Below are positions 33,393 through 44,947 of a stretch of DNA of 64,000 nucleotides, in pieces. The position numbers were made by a program, and so were the translations under genes. Location: assembly GCA_965645245.1 (NCBI GenBank), contig OZ287074.1, positions 496,001-560,000 on the forward strand, given 5' to 3'. The stretch is from Massalongia carnosa (Eukaryota). The notes beneath the pieces were generated by a model. That model made no database searches, had not been told where the DNA came from, and was given only the letters and a program-made list of their open reading frames with translations. Each line of letters opens with the position of its first letter. The first letter of the stretch is position 1.

Positions 33393-34787
33393 TATATCGG
33401 ATTTTATGAAGAGAGATATGAGATGAGGATGCATTGCATTGGCGCCATCCAAGTCTTTCCGTGTCCAGCTCCGTACCAGGCATATCTGCGTAGGTGTGAG
33501 GTGATAAACGGAGTGTGATAGGTGATCATGGCGAGGTGCAGCAGCCTAACGCTACCTCTGAAACGCCAGAGATCTTAGACAACAGCTGAATAGCAAAGGT
33601 ACGAAGAGAAGAAATATGAGTTTGCCATCTACCATTCATTTGTATTTTGGAAAAAAGGTAAATGTATCACGTGTGATCTTTACCAATTTGCTTTCTAAAC
33701 GAGATTAAAACATAAATTTTATTTGAAGGAGAAAAAAATCCAATGAATTATGAACCTAGGGGTTATGAAATATCATCATCATCATATAGCTGAGCTCAGC
33801 CTATTACAATAGAAGCAGTCATCCACTGCAGCCATACAGAGTACCCACTTCGGATGCCCGTACAGAATACTACAAAAGTATATATGTAGGAGATGTTCGG
33901 ATGAGAGAGAGCGTGCAGGGTCTGGCCTCTCCTTGTCTCCGCCTGCAGAACACTCTCAGTACCTATACCTAACTAAGGCAGCTAGCTAGCTGACCTATCC
34001 TTCTCCTTTACTCCGTACAGGTGACTCTAACTAGTCTAAAATGACGGTGAGATTTCTTTGCTACTACAGAATACTGAGTACTCTATAGAGCCTTTTGTTG
34101 AACAAAAACATCAACCAGGCATACGGCAGCGGGATGCAGGAGAAGAGGGTCTAGGGCTATCAAGGATAGGCAAAGAGAAGTGCTTGGCAAACGTGATGCA
34201 GGTACTCCGTATTTCCAGTGAAGATACTCCAAATTTAGCTATCTGCTGAACTGAATTCTGGACGACTGAATAGCTAAATTACACGAGGAATCACCGTCTC
34301 TTTATACTGCTTGAGGGCCTCCATCTCGGCCTATATCAAATGCATGAACCTGCTTCCTTTGAACCTTTCAGCTGGGCAAAATACACCTTATTGCTGACCG
34401 GAGACACCGAGACACTCAGTGATCATGAACAGCTGAATTGCCTCCGAAATGTAGCATTTTTGCTGCATACCTTTGCCTCCTCGTAGTTGCCGAAGTCGTG
34501 CCGATCTGAAGCTTTTCGCATAGCATATGATTGCCTAATCTGGAAATTAGTAAGCAGGAGGCAAAAGAACCTCGGTCGCAAATATTCAGGTATCTCGGCA
34601 AATTCCAATACCTTTCGTACCACTTTCTCCAGTGGCCAACCTCATAACTAGCCTGAAGTCCTTCAGGCCTAGGAAACAATGGAAGCCACCTGAGAGGCCG
34701 TTCTGTTGGCGAAACCTCCTCCATTAGTGTGAATGAGCATTCTAAGCATTTCAACCTCTTCCACCGTCAAGATTAGGCCCTGGTATC

Positions 34788-36347
34788 ATGATGATTACCA
34801 CGCAACAAACTAGCAATGATGAGCACGCGGATGAAGAGACCTCTTTAGTCAGAGAGCGGTATTCTGCCTTTAGTAAAAGCCAAAAAAAGCTCATCATATT
34901 TACGGCTGCGCTCGCATCCACCTTCTCGCCATTTTCTGCAAATATTTACTATCCTGCTCTTAACTCGATAGCAGCGGACCTACACGTTAGCGCCTCGCTG
35001 ATGAACTTGACCATCACGACTTATATGGTGTTTTCCTCCTATGCCTCCTATAATCTTATCGTCTTGATGCCAAAGAACTGACAAGAAGCTTAGATTTTGC
35101 AGGGTCTGGCGCCGACTTTCGTGGGTTCTTTGTCGGATACGGCGGGAAGAAGGCCTGTTTATATCATCTGTTTTGGTATCTACATCGGTGCAAATATCGG
35201 GCTAGCTTTGCAGAGGAGCTATGTTGGGCTTCTCTTGCTTCGTGCCCTTCAGAGTTCAGGCAGTAGTGGCACCGTGGCCCTTTCAAATGCTGTTGCTGCT
35301 GATCTTGTAACATCATCAGAACGCGGGATATATCTCGCCTTAGCTTCACTGGGTGCGATCCTGGGACCATCTCTTGGTCCGATTCTCGGGGGTCTACTGA
35401 GTCAAAACCTTGGTTGGCAATCGATATTCTGGTTTCTAACCATCTTCGCTGTAATCTTCTTTGTGCCTCTCCTTCTATTCTACCCCGAAACATGTCGGAA
35501 TGTGGTAGGAGATGGATCGATTCCGCCGCCAGCGTGGAACAAGTCTTACCTGTCCTATTTGAACGAGAAGAGGAGGGCCAAGAAGGGGACTCCAATCGAT
35601 TATGCCGGACGAGATATTCTTGCCCAAAACCGTCACATCAAGTTTCCTAATCCACTCACTACGCTCAGGCTACTTGTGGAGCTTCCAACCGGACTCGTTC
35701 TCCTATGTAACGGCATAGTGTTTGCGGGACTGTTCACCGTAACCTCAAGCATCCCCTCGCAATTCAAACTTATCTATGGGCTCAACGATCTACAAGTCGG
35801 ATTTGTGTTCATTCCGATAGGCCTCGCAACAATGTTTTCCGCAGTCATAAATGGATATCTGATTGACTGGAATTATGAAAGGATAGCCAGCAGTAGAGAT
35901 ATGCTAGTTACTAAGGGCAGAGCAAGCAATTTTCCAATCGAAGAAGCGCGCCTGCAAATCGCACTTCCCATGCTCTATTTCGGGGTTGCGGTTATAGTCA
36001 CCTACGGATGGGTGCTCCAAGCCCAGACGCATATTGCAATACCTCTAGTTCTTCTTTTGTGCATAGGCTATTCTATTACGGCTTGTTTTGATATTATGAA
36101 CGTTTTGATTGTCGACCTGAATTATGATTATCCAGCCACTGCGACTGCGGCTAATAATCTTGTAAGGTGCTCCCTTGGAGCTGGGTCTACAGCCATGGTT
36201 ACTCCAATGATTGATGCGATAGGCCGAGGGTGGGCATTTACAGTTGTTGCCACTATATGGCTCATCATGAGCCCACTATTACTAGTGATCTCAAGACAGG
36301 GACCCAAATGGCGTGAGGATAAAGACGCCAAACGAACAAGAACATGA
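34788..36347 (+). CDS. MFS drug:H+ antiporter (DHA1, Qdr-like)
   Basis: [28 protein letters not shown] and PET motifs with many hydrophobic segments. Intron at ~35028-35093. Confidence 0.92.
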
Positions 36348-37098
36348 AGAGGGATCATTTACCGAAGAGATCTTGAGGGTGAGCATACTATTGAGGAGAC
36401 AGGCCTATTGGGCATGGACGAAAGAATTGGTTGTTGACGAAGGCAGCTGGTAAAGCCAGCAAGCAAGTAGAAAATTTGTTGTTGCATTTGTACAGTTTCA
36501 GATTGAGCTCAACTTAAGTAACACCGTTTAGGCATTTTCTTTCTTTCTGATACTACGAGGCAAGGAGTGATGATATATAACAGCGGAAATTGCGCGTCAG
36601 AGCCAGATGTGTCTTACTACCCTGTATAGGTTTAACTTATGCCTGATATCAATCTAGGAGAGCACTTTCAACCATTTAACAAACAAAAAAATCCAAAATA
36701 ACGGGAATTTCCCATCTGCATCATATTACTACCGAAAGAGCCATTCCTATGCATTTCCTACTAGGCCTTACTTTACACCAATGACCCTTGCAACCCTTTG
36801 CGATCTTGGTACTAAGTCTTCTTTCCCCGTGGCAGGTTTTTCTTGCATAGTCTAGATTTCTCTTAACCTTGTCTACTTGCTCTAGATACCTACCTATACA
36901 CTATTCATGGGGTATGATCGATATATGGCTTAGCGTGTGCCTTTAATTTTTCTGGGCTTTTTTGGGGGGGATGAACAATAAAGTCTTACCCGGGGAGCTC
37001 AGTCCAAATAATACGGTAGTCATCCTAAAGTGAAATACGATCACACCAACGGAACACACGGATCACTCTGGAAGCACTCGACTGTGTCGGATTATATA

Positions 37099-37170
37099 GG
37101 CCTGCTAGGTCAGAAACCTCTACGTGGTGCAGGCTATCAACACCTCCTCGGAGGTGGCCAATATCTGATC
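37099..37170 (+). ncRNA. HDV-like self-cleaving ribozyme (predicted fold)
   Basis: P1 GGCCUGC/GCAGGCU with a G1-U wobble; P2 GGUCAGA/UCUGAUC; P3 ACC/GGU around L3 UCUACGU; P4 CACCUCC/GGAGGUG; J4/2 CCAA. G1 is the first base after the TSD. Confidence 0.8.
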
Positions 37171-37251
37171 ATCGCCAACGCTGAAGCCCACCTCGGTGGC
37201 CGTTTGAAAGATCAACGTCTCTACTGATCATTCATCACTTCGAAGGCATAC

Positions 37252-37573
37252 AAAGCCCATTCATTCGGAATGGCCACACCCCTCAGGCGGAAGCCTTTCA
37301 CCTCATCGAAAAAGTCCATTCAGTCGGAATGGCCACACCCCCCAGGCGGAAGCCTTTCACCTCATCGAAAAAGCCCATTCAGTCGGAATGGCCACACCCC
37401 CCAGGCGGAAGCCTTTCACCTCATCGAAAAAGCCCATTCAGTCGGAATGGCCACACCCCCCAGGCGGAAGCCTTTCACCTCATCGAAAAAGTCCATTCAG
37501 TCGGAATGGCCACACCCCCCAGGCGGAAGCCTCTCACCTCATCGAAAAAGCCCATTCATTCGGAATGGCCACA
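37252..37573 (+). repeat. 59-bp tandem repeat, ~5.4 copies
   Basis: Unit AAGCCCATTCAGTCGGAATGGCCACACCCCCCAGGCGGAAGCCTTTCACCTCATCGAAA with few substitutions. Confidence 0.97.
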
Positions 37574-39475
37574 TTTTCACATCTTCATTTATACGACACC
37601 ACGATCTGCCCTCGATCATGGCCAGTCTATCATCTATTGAGCCAAAACGGTTAAAGAGAGAGAATGTTCGTCGAACGTGTGGAGATACACTGTCTAGTTC
37701 ATCGGGTCTATAGGATTCCTAGCGCTTGAATATCTGGGTGTATGCACCGCGTGGTAGAAGAACGATCTCGTTGCGTTCAATATGGAATAAAAGGGAGTGG
37801 TTTTACCCTGGGGGCCAGTTTTCCACTTCCGGACTGTTGTTTATGTACATAAATAGCAGTCACAGCGTCATATCCTAAGGATGCATACGCTTAATGAATA
37901 AATAAAAAAATAAAAATAAAAAAAAAGTCGGATTATATATGTGCCCAAGGAGTAGAACATGATAACTTTCCGACTTCAAAACTTTCCGAATCTCAGCAAA
38001 GAATTAATTCTCTGCTTGATTTGCTCCCAAACGCGTCAGCGAGGCCTAGATTTGACTTACCTACCGCTCTTCCCCCCTCACTAGAGACGCCTACTCCGGA
38101 ATAATCCCGCTCCCTTCATAAAGAACTCTGTTCCACTTCCTCCGCCCCCGCGTGTTTCCATTTCGTTCCCAAAAGCCCAGTATTCCAAACGTGGAAGATT
38201 TTAAAAAGGGGTTTGCATATGGACAGGGGGAACGGCAAGAGCCATGAAGGCGTGGAAGCTGGGCGTCTTGAGATTAACACCCCTTGAACTAAGACTAGGA
38301 AATGAGAAATCTATCGCTCTTGCTATGAGGACGCTGCCTGTCTCCTTTATCATGTGTCGAAGACTGCGCAAGAGGCATGTGCCTTTTCATACACACAAAA
38401 AGCGGGTAATCGCTGTAGACAACCTCGTTCTTCTGCAAGGCAACCAATATTTTTAATCAATTCGTATAATTCTACATGCCAACTTGAGGCTTCTTCCAAG
38501 CAGGTTCCGCGATCAGCAGTTACTCGACCGATATGGCACTACGTTACATTAGGAACAGCCCATACAACATGAGTGTAAGTGGAGGAATCTCCGATGAAAG
38601 GAGTAGGTAAACAACCTCCACATCTCTGGGATCGGATGGTTCAATACCGAGTTTACTCCAGCATTTTGTACTCCGCCTTAGGTCATAAAAGCTTTTCTGC
38701 TGCAGTTTCCTTTTTGATTTCTCGTATGATGTTGATTACCTTAGAGTATTAATTATATTTGCTTGGATTACCTGTCTTAGTACTTCGTACTTGAGGCTAG
38801 TACTAGCTCTGTCTGGCCATGTTTGTAGCATTTAGCGACCGGACTAGCTTGCCTCGAGCTCGGAAAAGGAAGACCCCAATACCGTTGCTGGGAGGAAAAC
38901 AGAAAATATAAAGAAAATTGCGGACGCTTTGGCTCATAAATTTTTCATGCGTTTCACCTCTCTTACTTCAGCTATTCGCTGCTGGAGAGATCCTTTTTCT
39001 GCTTGAGCAAAGAAATGCCCATAGGATTGAAATAAAAAATTATACATGTAAAAAAATACCCTACATATTGGAATAGAATAGAACCTTCAATCCCACAATC
39101 GGACAGTCTCATCCCGGGGGAGCCTAGCGCGCCCATCGCGATGAGTCATCCATTCGGGACCACGATTTCTTTCGTGATGATCTTTCCAGCAATGCTTTAC
39201 CACGTCCTCGTGGGGATCGCGCCCTAATACAAGCGACCGAAATTTTGCATGGCATGGGTGAGATGGTGATAACTTTCTGTTTGAAAATCGAGCCGAAAGC
39301 GCATGATTGTCGTTGAAAACGAGCTCGTAATCCCCGCATTTTCCCTCTCAAGTCAAGTCACGGTTTTTCCCACTAAAGGGACCAGAGGTTTTTTTTGAGA
39401 CTGTCAACTTTTGATCTTGAAACTGACTTCACATTTGCCTGTAGCGCCCGCAATTTACGAGCACGGACGACTTCA

Positions 39476-39615
39476 CAACGAAAACTGACAGTCTCAACGA
39501 AAACTGACAGTCTCAACGAAAACTGACAGTCTCAACGAAAACTGACAGTCTCAACGAAAACTGACAGTCTCAACGAAAACTGACAGTCTCAACGAAAACT
39601 GACAGTCTCAACGAA
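39476..39615 (+). repeat. 19-bp tandem repeat, 7 perfect copies plus a partial copy
   Basis: (CAACGAAAACTGACAGTCT)x7 followed by CAACGAA. Confidence 0.97.
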
Positions 39616-39813
39616 TTTTCTACGAAGCTCGTTTAAAACGAGCCAAAAATTACTTGCAGCAGCAAATTACTCACCCCAAAACTTTTCTTACTCGCATACC
39701 CCCATTTTCTTACTCCTATAACCCCCATTTTCTTTCGATACTGAATAACCTCATCAGTCAATGCATACATCTGGTCAATCAACTGCGACGTTTTCATATT
39801 CAGAATTGCAGTA

Positions 39814-41093
39814 TTATACATGAAAAATGCTGACGAATTGTCTATTACAACAGGAATGATTCAATATCAATCCTCTGTACATCATCTCTATTCTCTCCAA
39901 CCCTTTATCTATCCGGGTCACCTTAACTATCTTCTGTATCTTCTTTCTATACCCTCCTCTCCTCTTCACTGGAGACGCAGGCGGAGACTCCGTCCTTGCT
40001 CTCTTCAACGCTCTAGCCGATGGTCCCTCCTCATTTGCCCACACCCGACCCTTTCCCGTTAGTTTTCTGACTCTTCTGGTCCTCGTCAATGACTCAGACG
40101 AAGCCTCGATCGAGTCATTGACAACAGCATTCGGCGCGCTTGATGAACCAGACGAAGCCTCGACAGGATTTCGATGTGGATTATTCGACATCCGGCATGC
40201 CGGATCATGTCGCCTCCAATAGCCGGCACCTCGCGACGATCGCAGTGGGTTGTCGGGATATTCTTTCGTCGGATCATATCTAGCCCAGGCCTCAAGACGA
40301 TCTCCATAATTATGAGACCATGGCGGACGCTTAAATAAGCCATCCTGAGGATAATCGGGAGGCTCGGGTATATCATACTCCCTAGTGGCATCAAAGTATT
40401 GCTCTCTGGTAAGACGAGGACCAATGCCGGTGTCGAGAGCAAGACAACTTCTTTTCTTTCGCATCTCGTTGGCTGCGTCTTCTGGATATCTCTCTTTATG
40501 CTTCAAATGCTTTGCCAACTGAGCAGAAAACTTAGCACTGAAGCCCCCACTTTTCTCAATGTAGTGGGTTAATTAGGCAACATCAGGATCCTTAGAAACA
40601 GCCCACTGAGCCTTCAATTCACGATCATCCTCGCTGGCGTCATCTTCAAACGGCAAATCCTCTTCTAAATCTGCAATCAATGAGTTGATAATTTTTCAGA
40701 TAAAATAGATATTGGAGTTGACCTACCTTCTGACAAAGAAGTGCTCTTGTACAATCGTATTTTCATCAACACCCACATCTTCATCCCCTCTTTCTCATTA
40801 GCACTTATATTTCTAATTCCTCCATTCTTATTCCCATTCTCATTCCCATTATCATTCCCATTACCACTCCTACATCCACCCCTTCCATTCTAATTCATAC
40901 CCATATTCCAATACCCAAACTGCTTCGCTTGATCATTTACATTGGAAGCAATAATCGTCGCATCCTCACCAGAAAAACTAGAAGAATCAGAAAACCCAGG
41001 GCTTTCTGGATTAACATGATAATCAGAAAAGCCAGCGAAACTACTCTCCGTGTCATTATCTATGGTGCTATTCGCTGTGGAGCTGTCATCCAA
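39814..41093 (-). pseudogene. Degenerate multi-exon orphan gene (acidic N-terminus, basic C-terminus)
   Basis: ORF pieces 40890-41093 and 39814-40518, with intervening acidic segments flanked by GT/AG and branch-like motifs. An in-frame TAA at ~40573 and inconsistent exon phases indicate decay. Confidence 0.35.
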
Positions 41094-41433
41094 ATCCTCG
41101 TTGTTATCATTGTCTCGGCATCTCCCTTGAGGCGAAATTTCCTAATCACATCTGCGTCGATTGTGATCCGTACTTTAATATTTTTATTGCTGAAGGGTGT
41201 GGGTAATAGCATGAACGGTTTGGGAGGAGTGAGAGTGAGACAATTAGCAACGAGATGATGAGAAGGAATACAAACACGATACATCTTGCTATTACCTCTC
41301 AAACCACCTGGAAATGTAGTGAGTAGCATAGGGGTTCATTACGCTGTCATCCGACCTTCTCATGGTGAAACCCAAAGGCTGTTGGTGCATGTTCGACATC
41401 TATGGGTACTCTCAACTCTACCCTTTCGGGCTC

Positions 41434-43966
41434 TCACATCAGCGCTTTCAAAGCCTCAACTCCAAGCTCTAGAACTGCCCGATTTTTAGATTCCTGTAAA
41501 ATGGATTTCAGGATCTTGATTCCCCGGAGTTCTCGAATCTTGCCTTTAGCCTTGTCGCCAGTCGGACCGTCCGTCCAGGCAAGGTTTCTGAGACACACAA
41601 TGCCGCGATGAGAGATACTTTCATCTTCGTCTTCACAAAGCCCAATTAAGATCTCCACGCCTCTGTCTCTTGCAATCACCCCCTTGACTGCACTTTCGAA
41701 CTCGGTGATGGTGGCCAATACACCCCCAGAAGCTCTTCTCGTTGCCTCATCTTCCACGTCAGCCAATGCAAGCAAAATATGCAGCCTTCGCGCTGCAGCT
41801 TTGGACTCATCGGCGAAAGCTTCAATTCCAGAAGGGCAAGTCACAAGATTGCAGACAAGCTCTGTTGACGCACGTTGGATCATCACGTTGTTGCCAAGCA
41901 TCAGATCTTCAATTGTGGGAAAGGCGAGGCGGCAGATCATCTCAGCTGCTTCAGGGGACGGGACAGAAGCAAGGTTTGTAAGGGCAAGAAGAGCTTCGAA
42001 GATTGGTAACAAATTACGAGGACCTTCTGCATCGTGCTCCAAGTCTTCTGTTAAAAGCGATAGCAATGGGCGTATAGCGGACGTCAAGGGTGGTGAACTA
42101 GATGTGAAAACCAAGGAAGGATCTACAGATATAAGAATACGAGCAAGCGCATGGGCTGCAGTCCGCCGATTTTGAGCCTCTGGTGCTGTTTGTCCAGAAG
42201 TCGATGTATACCATTGTAAAAGCATCTTAACCCCGCCCTGCTGGGCGATTATACCGCGGTGCGAAGACGTCCTCGAAAGAGATAAGAGGATGTTAAGTAC
42301 AGTTCTAATCGAAGATGAAGAGAGATTCTTGCTAATACCTGCAAGAGCCGAAACAGCGCCAGCATTAACAACAGCGATGCAGCGCTTCGTGACGGCTGCG
42401 TCTTCATCGAGAAGGTCTGGCTTTGTAGAAGCTTTCGAAGCATTGGCGTAAGCTTTAAGCTGCGAGATACGCTTCTGTTCTTCGGATAGGATGGGCAGGT
42501 ATCTTGTTAAATTATCGATGACTGTCAAGGCCCCAAAAACGATGGACGAGCTAGCTTGGCCATTACATAACGTAAGAAATATGCTTTCAAGAAATGCTCT
42601 ATCATTTGAAAGCTGTTCTTTCACCTTTGGCTGAACAGTGGCATAAGCAATTCCCTCAATCGCGCTTTGCTTGTGGCTTTCATCCTTTTCCACCATCATT
42701 TGCTTAAAGAGTGGCATGAGCCCATCAACACCCTCATCGCTGCCCCCAGCTTTTTCTTTGTTCGCTCCGGATGAATTGGCTGGAGGGCCTTGAACCTTTG
42801 CTAGAATAACAGCAGCGGAGCCTGATCTCAAATCTCCCTCTGTATCCTTTACATGTTTTAGCCAGCTGGTACAGTGCTTGCGTATGGCTTCACGGCATGC
42901 TGTATCGACGCACGCAGCATTTAGCATATCTAGTGCTGCTTGTTCCGCCTTCTCCGACTTGAAATTTTCGCTTATAAGGGGTATTAGGGATGGAAGGAAG
43001 CCGTCAGACAAGAAAAAAGCTGATGCCATCGAAGGTACCAATGGGAATATCGCAGCGGCCACAGAAAACGCGAGTATAACGTCTTCAAGTCTATGCCGTG
43101 ACAAACGAGTGGTGATGAACTTAGAGAGAATAGGTTGCCCACTGGCTTCAGTAGCTTCAAGGTACTTGACAGTTGCGAGTGTAGCTTGACTTCGTACTTC
43201 GACGGGGAATTTGTTATCTAAGCGCCCCAAGATCGCACCGAATGCGTCTTCATCGATAATTCCGTGTAGCTTATTCGCATCTGTAATCAACAACCTGGAT
43301 ATGCCTCCTAATGCCCTACCGTCAAGCTCATGGTGACCTCCCATCAGCTGTGCTAAAAAAAGCTGAAACGCATCTTTTTCGCAAGCATTTCGGATAGATT
43401 CGCCTGGCCATGCCGTTTTATCAAGCAAGACGGCTGCCAACGCGTTGGCAGAACCATCCCCAACTCTGTAGACCCCTTCAAATACTGCTGTAATTGACTC
43501 TTGCAGCTGTGAAGCCAGACTTGCTCTGGCCGCCGAGGATTCTCGTAAGAGGCCAGAGATGATACCATCCTGAATGTCTCTCTCGTGAATATTGCGGCCC
43601 TTTGAAACCAGCGAGAAACACTCTTCCGCGACGTCCGCAGGTACATGTTTAAGTTTTGCTAGATATACAACAGCGTCCTTCCCAGCTTGACTATCCTGTT
43701 CGAACACGAACTTCGAGCATAGCCTGTATAATATGTGTATGTGATCCTCGGAGTGAATGTGTAGGAATGCCTCCTTGACTTTATCGTTATGTGGCGCTAG
43801 GGAGACTGCTTCATGTAACGCTCGAGAACCTTCCTGCCCAAATACAATCAGCCCATGCCACGGGCCTTTCAGAAGAGTGATTGACCTCCGATTGACCACT
43901 AGCTACAAGCTTCAAGGCACGGGCCGCAAGATTGATAGCTCGAGTCTCTGCTTCAATTTTTGACAT
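41434..43966 (-). CDS. SHE4: UCS-domain myosin chaperone (She4/CRO1/UNC-45)
   Basis: LSEEQKRISQLKAYANA, RGIIAQQGG and FEALLALTNLAS. First exon 43886-43966, intron 43834-43885. Confidence 0.92.
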
Positions 43967-44947
43967 TGCATTGAACAATCGGGTTGATTGGAAATAAGTT
44001 GGGAGAAAGTAAACCAGGTCAGAAGTATTCCCGCTCCAATGCTAATTCCATGCAAGTCGCCTCATAGATCCAAAATGGTAACACGCCTTAAAAACCATTC
44101 GGAATATGATGCTTGTGAGAGTACAGATGAGGTAGTACCTTGATTGAAGTAGTTACCCTTGCTACCTTAGTTTTGTAGGGATATCCCGTATACAGAGTAA
44201 CTTTATCTTAACTTCAACTATCGCTAGCGTACCTTACTAGGTTTGATGATATCTCTACCCTACCACTACCTACCTACTTAAGCTGCTCTACTGGTGCCAG
44301 GCTCAGTCACAACTCACAGAGCTTACGGCGGAACGAACAATCTTTAAGAAAACAATATAAACTGTGCGGTTGCCGAAGTACACCTCCAAACGGCTTGGGA
44401 GTATCTGCTCTGGCACTTCTCGATATCCTAAACATCACAATTAAAAGCGGATTATAGAGACTGTTCATTATGGCCTGTCGAATCTTTGTCGTAGAGCAAC
44501 GCTGTATCCTAAAGGTCTCGGACTCCTGATAGCTCAATCGGCTAAGAATATGCACTTGTTCAAATGCATTACTCGTAACCAGAATACTCTAACTAACTCT
44601 AGAGTGATTACAATCTCATGAATCAGCTTGAAGGAAATTATGAAAATGTTCTTAGAAACGGTATCACACGAAGTCACGTGAGTGATGCTTAGTGGGCCAA
44701 CCTATGCCGGGGGTCGAACACTTTTGAAGGGCTTTTAGCTATCAAAAGAGAAGGCTCTTTTGATGATTCACAAAGATTCTCAGCAAGATATCCTGCTTCT
44801 GATTGTAAGCACACAGCTGATTTGACCATTCTTTTACAAATCCATGCAAGCGTAATTTTTTTTCATGACTTTCGTCGTAGTCTCTTTTCGTATGCCAGCT
44901 TCCTGGATCAGATATACTTCGATCGCATAATTATTTTGAGGCCTGCT

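Larger units (their letters stand above)
37099..37926 (+). mobile_element. Non-autonomous non-LTR retroposon (SINE/SIDE-like), 828 bp
   Basis: Perfect 13-bp direct repeat GTCGGATTATATA at 37086-37098 and 37927-37939. An A-rich tail (~37897-37926) abuts the right copy. No meaningful ORF. Confidence 0.88.

Noticed and set aside
37252..37573. Minus-strand repeat unit resembles a hammerhead core (UCGAUGA-GGU-GAAA-GGC-UUCC-GCC-UG)
   Set aside because: The core is UCGAUGA rather than CUGAUGA, there is no stem II, and the cleavage-site base would be G.
37270..37713. Three overlapping repetitive ORFs (MATPPRRKPFTSSKK...)
   Set aside because: They are a by-product of a stop-free 59-bp unit cycling through the frames; there is no coding evidence.
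36982..39123. Similar motifs AGTCTTACCCGGGGAGC (~36982) and AGTCTCATCCCGGGGGAGC (~39105) as element boundaries
   Set aside because: The match is gapped, imperfect and short, and could be chance.
37252..39615. The 59-bp and 19-bp arrays as CRISPR-like arrays
   Set aside because: The units are head-to-tail with no unique spacers, there are no cas genes, and the context is eukaryotic.
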